From positions 4,479 to 68,478 of the forward strand of contig JACTTZ010000003.1 in the NCBI GenBank assembly GCA_015660915.1: DNA of 64,000 bases, written 5' to 3'. Source of the stretch: Methanomicrobia archaeon (GTDB taxonomy: Archaea > Halobacteriota > Bog-38 > Methanoflorentales > Methanoflorentaceae). Of this stretch, positions 8,450 through 17,134 are shown piece after piece. The notes beneath the pieces were generated by a model that saw only the letters and a program-made list of their open reading frames with translations, did not search any database and was not told the origin of the DNA. The position numbers and the translations under genes were made by a program. Each line of letters opens with the position of its first letter. Position 1 is the first letter of the stretch.

Positions 8450-10580
8450 TTTCGTCCCCTTCTAACAAGAGCGGTTTTCCGCCGGTTAGTTTCAAAAAGA
8501 TCGATGCTGCCGGGCCATTTCCGTTCACGAGCTCGCTGAAGCGGCGCTCGAGGATAATGCGCGACTGTCTATCATCGGCCGAGATGTTATTTTCTTCACA
8601 ATACATCGCGACTGTGAAATTGCAGAGATATTCCGGATCGCGGGGTTCCTTGTAATCGCCATCGGCCAACCATCCGAGCCTTTCGCTTACGTAGCCGTCG
8701 AAGTGTGCCTCCCGGTCGTGGTCGTCTGGTACATGCTTACCACGCGAGCAGTCGGCTATGAGCGTCTGCACTTCCGGATCAGTCTCGGCTAACTTTTTAT
8801 AGAACTGCTCGACGGGGTAGTCGCGCAACCAAGGCTTATCTGCCTTAATGGTCTTGCTCAATTCGGCAGCAAACTCGTTAGTTGTCATGTCGATGGGCCC
8901 AGACCGCGCCTTCTTGAACCCGTTTAGTATCTGCTTGACGTCTTCGACGAGTTCTTTTTCATGTTTTTCACGCTCGCCATTCACCTGAGGGCCTGAAGGC
9001 AATGAACCCATTTTGACTAACTTTTCATGATACCCCTCAGCCGTCATGTAACGAATGTCAAAACCACCTTCATAGCCTTCAGCATTCAGCTCAGCCTTCA
9101 GCGGTGCGGCAACCTCATCGTCATACTCGCCAATATCCCGTAACCGAATCCCTGCCCGCAGATTGCCGCTTTCTTTATGTATGCTCTTAAATCCGAGTTT
9201 CGTAAGATATGAGTAAAAACTCGTCGGCGTCGAGACGTTATGACGCTCCTCGGCGGTCGCGACGTTTCGAAATCGCTCATACAAGGCTTTAGACGTCGAT
9301 TCGGCGCCCGCTTCGACTATGCACTCACTCTCGATAAACGCGGCGAGCGGATTCATAGATTTTTGGTAGTCTTTCCGCGCAGCGTTGACCGAATCCGGCG
9401 GCATAAGGCCGTAGTCTTGCCAATCATAGCACCCCTGCACTAACCACGCAAAAATAGCCTTCTGCGCGTTCTCATCCTCTAAGAGAAATTCTTTGATTTT
9501 CGGGTCGCACTCCTCGAGAGCGATCGGGTTTAAGAACTGCACGATAAAGAACCGATTAAACGACGCATCATCGTCGAAGTCTAATTTCGGCAAGAAATTC
9601 GTCTCGATATAGAATTTTGTGCGCGGATCTATCTTGCGCTGCCTTTTTTCAAACAGGCCTCGGGCACTCTGCGGGTTCCCGCTCGTAACAGCCTTGAGAA
9701 ACGAATCATTGAAGACCATACCCCGAGGCACTTCGCTACACTGCGCGGCACGCACGCCCTCGAGACTAACAAGGTCTGCCCGCGCTCCTCCGGGTTTTTG
9801 TATCGCCTTTGCGAATGTCGATATGTTGACCGGGGCAGCATAATCGCCTAGGGTTTTAAAGATCGCATCTAAAAGCGTTGACTTACGTGCGTTCGCTTCA
9901 CCGTAGAGAACGAACAGGGCCTTGTCTCGATTGATCGCTGTCAATCCTGACCCACAAGCCCGCTGTAAAAACGCGCCTTGCTCGAGTGACAACACTTCGA
10001 TAAGCCGTTCGTACCATTCCGAGCTTACCGTCTCGGGTTCATAGGGCACGGCTGCTATTTTGGTTACCAAGTCGTTGCGATCCGGGTCGCGCAATTCCCG
10101 CGCATTTAAGTCAAGGGTTCCGTTTTGACAGTTGATGAGCCAAGGGTTGGCGTCAAAGTCTTTCGCCATGACTGCGATGCGCGGGTCTGACTGTGCAAGT
10201 TGAATCATCGCGTTTATGCGAAAATTGGAATCACTCTGATACGCCCAGTTCGTCAACCGCTTTTGTGCCGCTTTCCGTTCTTTCGGATCATCCTCATCGA
10301 TGAAACTCGCCTCTGCGTGTATGAGTTTGACCGTTTTTTTGGCCAGTTCTCGAATTTTGAGTGTGACGTCTCGAGGCCATCGCGAGTCATCCCATATGAA
10401 CCACTCACCAATTTCAGCGCAATAACGGATATCATCACCGTACAGAGCAATAAGTCGAAGCGCATTGCCGCCGTCTGTCAAAGGATAACCACACACTACC
10501 CGCACGTCGTTATGTGTGCTGGTTTTGAGGTCAAGCTCAGACAATGTATGCTCACGTATCCCGGGTTGTGATCCGCTCAC
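8442..10580 (-). CDS. P4/D5-family helicase (D5_N + SF3 helicase + winged helix), no primase domain
   Basis: TDGGNALRL, W.IWD..RW, FDANPWLINCQNGTLDL, Walker A-like YGEANARKST, SE, LKAVTSG, TNFLP, FNRFFIVQF. Confidence 0.9.
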   Translation of the reverse strand: MSGSQPGIREHTLSELDLKTSTHNDVRVVCGYPLTDGGNALRLIALYGDDIRYCAEIGEWFIWDDSRWPRDVTLKIRELAKKTVKLIHAEASFIDEDDPKERKAAQKRLTNWAYQSDSNFRINAMIQLAQSDPRIAVMAKDFDANPWLINCQNGTLDLNARELRDPDRNDLVTKIAAVPYEPETVSSEWYERLIEVLSLEQGAFLQRACGSGLTAINRDKALFVLYGEANARKSTLLDAIFKTLGDYAAPVNISTFAKAIQKPGGARADLVSLEGVRAAQCSEVPRGMVFNDSFLKAVTSGNPQSARGLFEKRQRKIDPRTKFYIETNFLPKLDFDDDASFNRFFIVQFLNPIALEECDPKIKEFLLEDENAQKAIFAWLVQGCYDWQDYGLMPPDSVNAARKDYQKSMNPLAAFIESECIVEAGAESTSKALYERFRNVATAEERHNVSTPTSFYSYLTKLGFKSIHKESGNLRAGIRLRDIGEYDDEVAAPLKAELNAEGYEGGFDIRYMTAEGYHEKLVKMGSLPSGPQVNGEREKHEKELVEDVKQILNGFKKARSGPIDMTTNEFAAELSKTIKADKPWLRDYPVEQFYKKLAETDPEVQTLIADCSRGKHVPDDHDREAHFDGYVSERLGWLADGDYKEPRDPEYLCNFTVAMYCEENNISADDRQSRIILERRFSELVNGNGPAASIFLKLTGGKPLLLEGDESE

Positions 10581-11119
10581 GAACGACCTCCGTCGTCGCC
10601 GTCGCCCGAGAGCGAACTCGACTGAGGGTCGTTGCCAAAGCCCAGCAGCTTTCGGAGTTCTTGCATCTCCTTTGCTTTCGTATACTCCACATCAATCGCG
10701 CGCACTTGCGCTATGGTCTCATCAGCGTCTTGGTCACCGAGCGGCTTACGTCGTTGGATCCTGCGGAACAGCGCTAAAAGCAGCCATAACGGTACTTCGT
10801 CAGCGTAGCAATCGTTACGCCACTCAGCCCCAGCGCCGTCTTGATAGTTGATTAGGGCCCGTTCATCGCCGCGTTCAGTCAAATACCAGCTCACATTCTT
10901 ATGCTGCGTGCCAAAGCTCTCGCGCACTCCCTGACGCACGAATATCTGATATTCGTAGAGCAAGTGCTCTGCCGCGTCGTATAGGTCGTTGGACAGCGTG
11001 GCCGTCTCGCCACGTCTCAGCTCTGTCGTGACTTCCTTTAAGCTTCTGTGTGTCTCGCTCTCGTAGTCATCGGCGGGCGTGACATAGCCGCGATTCGGGT
11101 CAAAATATGAACTCGTCAT
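10577..11119 (-). CDS. Hypothetical protein of element operon
   Basis: GGAGG RBS, ATGA coupling to upstream mini-ORF, GTGA coupling to helicase. Confidence 0.65.
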   Translation of the reverse strand: MTSSYFDPNRGYVTPADDYESETHRSLKEVTTELRRGETATLSNDLYDAAEHLLYEYQIFVRQGVRESFGTQHKNVSWYLTERGDERALINYQDGAGAEWRNDCYADEVPLWLLLALFRRIQRRKPLGDQDADETIAQVRAIDVEYTKAKEMQELRKLLGFGNDPQSSSLSGDGDDGGRS

Positions 11120-11171
11120 GCCCTCGCCTCCCACAACCGCTCCATTCTGAATATGAAGCTGTCTAGGTCGT
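11116..11171 (+). repeat. 56-bp direct repeat, copy 1
   Basis: 51/56 identical to 12002-12057 by manual alignment. Confidence 0.9.
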
Positions 11172-11187
11172 CGTGAATGTCGGTCAT
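11116..11187 (-). CDS. 23-aa mini-ORF duplicating the C-terminus of 12002-12226
   Basis: MTDIHDDLDSFIFRMERLWEARA* with ATGA overlaps at both ends; compare YDLESFIGRMERLWEARS*. Confidence 0.5.
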   Translation of the reverse strand: MTDIHDDLDSFIFRMERLWEARA

Positions 11188-12005
11188 GCTCGATGCTCCC
11201 CGTTCGCTATTGCCCATAATTTTTCTCTGTCAACACGTTCAGCCCGAAGTACGCCATAAAAAACAGACGTGTCGTAAAACTCGAAAAGAGCAGCTTCGTA
11301 AAGCTCCCGGAGTGTATAAGGAGGAAGGGCGTCGAGTTCCACCTGCATGAGCTGACCGTAGTCTCGAATGAAGCCGGCTGCACGTGAATCGCCTTTTTTA
11401 CCCGGGTTTACCGGTAAATTATATTCACTTACCTGATCCTCATTGAGCGCAATGCGTTGCACATGGTCAAAGCAGCTGCACCGCTTTTTGAAGTCTCTCA
11501 ATATGTCGACGCCGCTCGGATCGAAATCACCAGCATAAATGAGCACGGCTTGACGGTCATTGTTCGTAACATCCTCGATGATCACATCGACATACGTTTG
11601 CGACGAGTACCCACGAAGCGGGGCGATCGCAACACCGTATGTTTCAAACCACTGCTTCAACTGCGGCACCATGCCGTACTTTTCAACGCCGAGATAGACC
11701 GAGTACTCCTGCCTTTCATCGCGGTTACGGCAGTAGCTCCTAGTGAGCGATTTCAAAGCATCTTGCGGGCTACTGAATCCGCCAAAGCGGTGAATATCGC
11801 GTGTCTGGTCAACTAGCTGCGGAAACTGTCCGTTTCGACGAAGAGCCGCGGTGACCCTACTGAGTCTTTTATACGCGTACTCACTGTTCGGTATCGCGCC
11901 TTCAACGACCAAGCGATAGAACAGTTGTCGGAGAGAGACGCCGGTGTCATAAGAACGCACTATTTCAGCAGCTCGGGTGATGACGCGAGGCCATGAAATG
12001 CTCAT
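11184..12005 (-). CDS. Spo11/topoisomerase VI subunit A-like protein (WHD + TOPRIM)
   Basis: SLRQLFYRL (catalytic Tyr region), GVEK, RGYSS, YAGDFDPSG (DxD), RIALN..Q...YNLP, ELDAL. Confidence 0.8.
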   Translation of the reverse strand: MSISWPRVITRAAEIVRSYDTGVSLRQLFYRLVVEGAIPNSEYAYKRLSRVTAALRRNGQFPQLVDQTRDIHRFGGFSSPQDALKSLTRSYCRNRDERQEYSVYLGVEKYGMVPQLKQWFETYGVAIAPLRGYSSQTYVDVIIEDVTNNDRQAVLIYAGDFDPSGVDILRDFKKRCSCFDHVQRIALNEDQVSEYNLPVNPGKKGDSRAAGFIRDYGQLMQVELDALPPYTLRELYEAALFEFYDTSVFYGVLRAERVDREKLWAIANGEHRA

Positions 12006-12057
12006 GACCTCGCCTCCCACAACCGCTCCATTCTGCCTATGAAGCTTTCTAGGTCAT
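12002..12057 (+). repeat. 56-bp direct repeat, copy 2
   Basis: Matches 11116-11171. Confidence 0.9.
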
Positions 12058-12226
12058 AAACGAAGGGTGCTAGTACGAGGTGGTATTCGTCGTCTTCGGT
12101 TTCGACGCGTTCAAGCTCGTAACACAGGTCGCCGTAGAGCTCCTGTGCCCCTATCAAAATCAAAAGAGGGCGCTCTGCATCAAAGCGCTTATCAAAGCGC
12201 AGCCCGTCACTGCTCACCGCGTGCAC
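12002..12226 (-). CDS. Small acidic hypothetical protein
   Basis: GGAGG RBS upstream, ATGA coupling to TOPRIM gene. Confidence 0.6.
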   Translation of the reverse strand: MHAVSSDGLRFDKRFDAERPLLILIGAQELYGDLCYELERVETEDDEYHLVLAPFVYDLESFIGRMERLWEARS

Positions 12227-12564
12227 GAGAAACCTCCGTGTGTCTCTTTTGGAGTCTTAGTCGCCAATGGCACATCGGCTTCCATGTTCTTGCGCTCAGA
12301 ACCACGGCACGTTATTGCGCCTCTACTTCGCCCAGCGAATGGTATACAGCTTCTGTCAAGGTCACGCGGCAATGAGCAAAGGCAGTTAGGTACGCCTTTG
12401 ACCTTCTTTTGGGGATCGGTCAACTTCATGCGTTTGCATGAACGATCCGGATTAAAACTGCGTTCAAAGTCTAAGGGACTCTTTTCAGACTCATCCGGCT
12501 GAAGCCTCATTAGAGGAGCCGGCAAGTTTTTCGAAATTTTGTTTCTTCTAAACATGTTTCTCAC
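12214..12564 (-). CDS. Hypothetical protein
   Basis: Co-oriented in element operon; no motif. Confidence 0.3.
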   Translation of the reverse strand: MRNMFRRNKISKNLPAPLMRLQPDESEKSPLDFERSFNPDRSCKRMKLTDPQKKVKGVPNCLCSLPRDLDRSCIPFAGRSRGAITCRGSERKNMEADVPLATKTPKETHGGFSCTR

Positions 12565-12579
12565 TCCAAAAAGCCCAAT

Positions 12580-12749
12580 AAATGGAGAGAGAAACGACCT
12601 TATTTCAAGCGGATATTCTTTATAAAAAGAAACCGCAATTACGTACTACCTAATCTAATCAATTAGGTATGGAGAAACAAGGAATGAGAGGATAGATCGG
12701 GATCTACTCTTACCGGCGGAGATCATAACTCTCCGCCATCTCTCCATTT
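12580..12749. other. Multi-hairpin intergenic structure (candidate ncRNA, attenuator or origin)
   Basis: 11-bp closing stem AAATGGAGAGA/TCTCTCCATTT enclosing four inverted repeats. Confidence 0.5.
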
Positions 12750-12785
12750 TACAGTGCTCTGATTGTTTTTGTTTTGTCTTTCCTC

Positions 12786-13418
12786 CTACGGGTTCGCATT
12801 CTCTGTCGGTCGACGTGTCTTATGCAATGAGAACTCCACAGCCACCGAATCTTCTGCACCTTTCCGAGGCTTTTCCCCACGCTCCACCCGATCAAAAAGT
12901 GCCATAATGTCGCCGTCTTGATCCTTGTAAAGCACCCACACATATGTTAGTGACAAGGGTTCATCGATCGGAAGGCCATCCTCCACCTTCTGAACCGTCG
13001 CAATCCATTTTGAAACGACAGAATTGCAGACATAGCACCAGCTTGATCCAGATTTTAATTGGCTGTACGAAAAACCGATAAGGGGGTCGCTGCTGTGAAT
13101 ACCGTCAGCTTGTACACTAAGACCGAGGCTCTTAGCCACGTCGTCAGCGTGGAGAGAATCCCATACGATTCTGATGAACCTGATGGTAGATTTCCGCACA
13201 GGCCAACGCATAGGATCATGTGTAAGCACCCAAAAAGCAACGATTTCGCCGACCGAATACTCAGGCCAATTGCTTGGCCCGCCTCGACCTTTTCCTTCGC
13301 TCTTGTGGTAACGACGAGGCGCGGTAATGACCCCTTCGTGGGCAAGCTTTCTGATTGTGCTGGAAGCTAAACCAACTCCGTATTTGTGTAAATGAGCCTG
13401 AAGTTCGTCGACTTGCAC
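12786..13418 (-). CDS. MerR/excisionase-like HTH protein
   Basis: N-terminal ELQAHL..YGVGLASSTIRKLAHEGVITAPRR..GRGG..W. Confidence 0.6.
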   Translation of the reverse strand: MQVDELQAHLHKYGVGLASSTIRKLAHEGVITAPRRYHKSEGKGRGGPSNWPEYSVGEIVAFWVLTHDPMRWPVRKSTIRFIRIVWDSLHADDVAKSLGLSVQADGIHSSDPLIGFSYSQLKSGSSWCYVCNSVVSKWIATVQKVEDGLPIDEPLSLTYVWVLYKDQDGDIMALFDRVERGEKPRKGAEDSVAVEFSLHKTRRPTENANP

Positions 13419-13446
13419 GCTTCATACTGGGTTTGCTTTTTACTTA

Positions 13447-13487
13447 AACTTGTTCTCCTATAGAACATGTTCCATACAGAACAAGTT
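13447..13487. promoter_or_regulatory. Nested palindrome, putative operator
   Basis: AACTTGTTCT..GAACATGTTC..AGAACAAGTT about 30 bp upstream of HTH gene. Confidence 0.6.
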
Positions 13488-13546
13488 AGTGCTTTCACGG
13501 AAGCCACAGTTTGTTATAAACCCTTGAGTGCTACTTCTTCGACACT

Positions 13547-13765
13547 ATGCAAAAGATCCAAGAATTGTTACCAGATCACAGCACCAGCATCCTAGAGATA
13601 ATCAATGATGCCGCCAATGCTTACAAAGGCGCCATCCCTGATGACCGATGGAAAGAGCCGTACATGTCAGCGAACGAACTGGCCGATGAAATAAGAGCCG
13701 GCGTTCGATTCCACGGGTGGTTTGAAGACGGCTTTTTAGTGGGCATCGCGGGATTCAAAATGTCG
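13547..13765 (+). pseudogene. GNAT acetyltransferase, 3'-truncated
   Basis: ILEIINDAANAYKGAIPDDRWKEPYMS..EL..EI..GVRF.G matches a GNAT N-terminus; remainder of ORF is antisense to next gene. Confidence 0.7.
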
Positions 13766-13836
13766 GCGGCTTCAGGATCAATAAGCGGGGGTAGCGTGAG
13801 GTTCCCAATGCTTTTTAATCTAGACATCCTCTGTTT

Positions 13837-15381
13837 TCATCCTTGTCGCTGCTGTTTTTCTCTAAATGCCTGCACAAGTTTGGCTGAGCGTTCCCTGTCG
13901 CCTTTAATTGCTTCTTGCGACACCGCCTTAGCAGGCTCTATTACGTTTTTGTTTATCGATTTGACCAGATCGGCCGTATCTTCATACCAATAGGTATCGA
14001 GAATCATCGTTTCAAGTTTCTTTCGCAAGCCAATCAGCACCATATGCTCTCCCTTCGCTTTTTCTGAGGCGACTCGGATGGGCAGTATAGGCACAGCAGC
14101 GCCCGTATCAGCGATGTGTTGCACCTCGATAGGCACCATCTCAGGGTCAGTAAAGTCAGCGATAACGAACTGCGCCATACGTGCAAGAGTAGATACTGTT
14201 TCGATAAACGTTTGGCTCTCCGGTTTTTCAAAGTCGAATACTACAGGCACATAGTCATGATGACGAAGTTCGTCTCGGACTGCGTCGAGCGTCGGCTTTT
14301 GCTCATCAGTGAAGCGGCCGAGGAGAAGCACGACTTTTGAGGTCATAATATCAATAACATTTCGCAGCTTTTCGTATTTCGTTAGCAAATAGATGAACTG
14401 CGCGACCTCAAGGTCGTCAACGGTGATCACGGGCTCTCGTTCGTATATATTGCTGATGTTCAAGTTTGACTGATCTTTTGGCTTACCTTGAAGGTTCCAC
14501 ACCGAGCTACCGTACACGGCACATCCAGCAAAAATGGCATCCGCGATGGTCGTTTCTACAAAAATTGCCCTCGTGAGATTGGCGTCTGAAAGGTCGGTAC
14601 CTGTCAGATCCGCATTTGAAAGATCGGCAGAATAGAGGGTAGCGTGAGAGAGGTTAGCGTGGGAGAGGACGGCTTTGTAGAGGTGGGCTTCTCGCAAGGT
14701 GGCGCCAGAGAGGTTGGCGTCGGTGAGCTTGGCCTTATAGAGGTGGGCGCGGGTGAGGTCGGCTAACGAGAGGTCGGCGCCCCTCAGATCCGCATTTGAA
14801 AGATATGCGTCGACAAGAATAGCGCCAGAGAGGTTAGCGCCGGAGAGGTGGGCAAAGGAGAGGTGGGCCTCGCTGAGATTAGGCCTCACCTCAGAGTACT
14901 TATCACGCCAACTGTTCCACTCGTCAACGCCTTGTTTCAGAATTTCAAGGTGCGATTCATTTGCCGTAGAAGATCTCACTGCGAGCGTCAGGCCGGCGTC
15001 GGTGAGGTCTGCACCCGTCAGATCCGCATTTGTAATGTTAGCGTTAGAGAGGTCGGCGCCGCTGAGGTCGGCGTTAGAGAGGTCGGCGCCAGAGAGCTCG
15101 GCGTTAGAGAGGTCGGCGCCAGAGAGGTCGGCGCCAGAGAGGTTAGCGTCGGTGAGCTCGGCGTGGGAGAGGTTAGCGCCAGAGAGGTTAGCGCCAGAGA
15201 GGTCGGCGTCGGTGAGGTCGGCGTAGAAGAGGTCGGCTCCGATGAGGTTGGCTTCGTAGAGGTCGGCTTCTGGGAGGTGGGCGCCGCTAAGATCGGGCCT
15301 CACGTCATGGTACTCTTCACGCCAACTGTTCCAGACTTTAAAGCCTTGCTTTAGGATTTCGAGATGTGATTCATTGACCAT
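13837..15381 (-). CDS. Pentapeptide-repeat protein with internal duplication and C-terminal alpha/beta (TIR/NDT-like) domain
   Basis: A(D/N)L(S/T)x repeats; two NESHLEILKQG..WNSWR caps; C-terminal VLLLGRF..VPVVFDFEKP..FVIADFT. Confidence 0.9.
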   Translation of the reverse strand: MVNESHLEILKQGFKVWNSWREEYHDVRPDLSGAHLPEADLYEANLIGADLFYADLTDADLSGANLSGANLSHAELTDANLSGADLSGADLSNAELSGADLSNADLSGADLSNANITNADLTGADLTDAGLTLAVRSSTANESHLEILKQGVDEWNSWRDKYSEVRPNLSEAHLSFAHLSGANLSGAILVDAYLSNADLRGADLSLADLTRAHLYKAKLTDANLSGATLREAHLYKAVLSHANLSHATLYSADLSNADLTGTDLSDANLTRAIFVETTIADAIFAGCAVYGSSVWNLQGKPKDQSNLNISNIYEREPVITVDDLEVAQFIYLLTKYEKLRNVIDIMTSKVVLLLGRFTDEQKPTLDAVRDELRHHDYVPVVFDFEKPESQTFIETVSTLARMAQFVIADFTDPEMVPIEVQHIADTGAAVPILPIRVASEKAKGEHMVLIGLRKKLETMILDTYWYEDTADLVKSINKNVIEPAKAVSQEAIKGDRERSAKLVQAFREKQQRQG

Positions 15382-15581
15382 CGAAGATCTCACTCGTCAA
15401 ATTGGCATAACAGAGTCAGCCATAAGCGCATCCGTCTAACGGTTCACTCCACGTTGCACGCTGCTGCACTTTTTGCTTTGTCAATTCTAGTGGAATTATC
15501 TTAGCTGCTGAAAACTTTATCGGCTTGTGTTCTGCGGCAGTAGCGTGGTTTGAGATGGAGTGGCGTTTGATTTTCGCCGGT

Positions 15582-15707
15582 TTATCTGGAAATTATGAGC
15601 TTAACGTTATTCCAATATTGCATATACACATCATATGCGTGCTCAGGCAGCGGATGCTTATAGTGCTTCCAATCGATACCGCTGACGCCGTGCGTCGTAC
15701 ACGCTCT
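15582..15707 (-). pseudogene. Integrase 3'-end remnant A
   Basis: THGVSGIDWKHYKHPLPEHAYDVYMQYWNNVKL. Confidence 0.85.
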
Positions 15708-15791
15708 GACCGACAGAATCGTAATGCCGCCCAATAATTTCTGCTCCTTCTTATGTGCGCGCTGTGAGCTAAGGCAAACTTGTCTGCCAAG

Positions 15792-15989
15792 CTACCTGAA
15801 AATGTGAACCCAGAGATTGATCGCCATAGGTACCATCGTCACTATGATAACCAAGATGACGAACAGTGGCGTTATTTTTGCTTTTCCACGCCAGACAAGA
15901 TAAAAAACAATAGCATCGGTGACTGCGACGATGATGGTAGCGATAATAAGAGCTCTCACAAAGAGGTCGACCATAGTTTTACTGCTCAC
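15792..15989 (-). CDS. Small two-TM membrane protein
   Basis: Two hydrophobic stretches separated by WRGKAK. Confidence 0.6.
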   Translation of the reverse strand: MSSKTMVDLFVRALIIATIIVAVTDAIVFYLVWRGKAKITPLFVILVIIVTMVPMAINLWVHIFR

Positions 15990-16030
15990 GCTTCAGTGTT
16001 CATTTGATTCAAAAAACTGTTAGCGACAGT

Positions 16031-16440
16031 TTAGTTGTCTAGGCGGGTATTGTGCCAATATTTTATAAACCCGTAATAAACGTGCTCAGGCAAAGGATGC
16101 TTGTCATGCTTCCAATCTATACCGCTCACGCCATGCGTCATTATGTAAGCACGATTTGACTGATCCCAGCCTATTGCGTCACCGCCCTGCTCGCAAAACT
16201 TGCGCAGATCGCCAAGCACGAAATGCCCCTTAAACTGTGACATCGGAATCTTCTGCCGTTTCATCTATATCCCCAAAAAGCCATGTCGGAAAACAGCTTC
16301 ATCGTCTTTTTTTCTTCGATCGACTCCCCGCCAAAGATGGCGTATTGGAAAGGATTATTCGTTAAGTTCAACAAGAGTCGGTTGCGAACCTTCATGCTGA
16401 ACTGGCAAACCACCAACGACAAGGATCTTTGCCTTAGACG
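16031..16440 (-). pseudogene. Integrase 3'-end remnant B
   Basis: GDLRKFCEQ..WDQSNRAYIMTHGVSGIDWKHDKHPLPEHVY; catalytic-region Tyr changed to Asp; frameshifted upstream. Confidence 0.9.
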
Positions 16441-16454
16441 ACGCATCTGTGAAT

Positions 16455-16781
16455 ATGGAACTACCTGCACTAACGCAGTTTATCGCTAACATTAGCGTGG
16501 CGGTCGACGCCGGCTACGATACAAACGTTGCCGAGATACGCGCCCACATCGAACGCGGCGATATCATATCGTTTTTAACAGATATGTGCTGCGCCGATCC
16601 CGTTCTAATGGCAAAGCTCGTGCGTGAGCACTGGGCAACAGAGACTGAGAATGAGCTTAATGAGCTACTCGGTGATGAGTCAGGAGACGAAAAACTTGCG
16701 GGGAGCTTCAATCGAAGCGGCTTATGCTACCTCATCGCGCTTACGACGCGACTGATTGAGCGGCGCTCTTTCAGGGCTTAA
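16455..16781 (+). CDS. Acidic hypothetical protein
   Basis: Clean ORF with protein-like composition; no motif. Confidence 0.55.
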   Translation: MELPALTQFIANISVAVDAGYDTNVAEIRAHIERGDIISFLTDMCCADPVLMAKLVREHWATETENELNELLGDESGDEKLAGSFNRSGLCYLIALTTRLIERRSFRA

Positions 16782-17031
16782 ACGCACTTAGGCAGTTCGT
16801 TTTATGAGCGCCATGGATTTACGGTGGTTTCGCGCGAGGAGACGAATGAGCTTCTGCAACAGCACTAGAACATTCTAAGAAGGCAAATCGAGACGTCGGT
16901 TGTGCTTAAGCTAATACTTGCAGATTCCCGCTGAACTGCACCAGTCTTGGGCATCAAAAATGGTCTTCTGGCGGCCAAAGCATGGCCCTAAACTCGCGGT
17001 TGAAAAACATTGCAAAGCTGCATACTGGAGC

Positions 17032-17088
17032 TTAAACTTTGAAGTGTACATCTTTCCAATACCGTATGTACGCATCATACACATTCTC
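17032..17088 (-). pseudogene. Integrase 3'-end remnant C
   Basis: ENVYDAYIRYWKDVHFKV* vs ENVYDVYMKYWKDVRFDA*. Confidence 0.8.
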
Positions 17089-17134
17089 GACCGAAAGAGT
17101 TTAGTGTTGGTTTTATACTTTTTTTTTCCAAATA

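Noticed and set aside
13766-13993. Full-length GNAT protein
   Set aside because: Similarity ends near 13765 and the rest is antisense to the pentapeptide gene
14990-15290. 15-bp periodic DNA repeats resembling a CRISPR or satellite array
   Set aside because: In-frame coding pentapeptide repeats with no unique spacers
14753-15354. Plus-strand repetitive ORFs (ERSAP.., EVGAR..)
   Set aside because: Antisense shadows of the pentapeptide repeat codons
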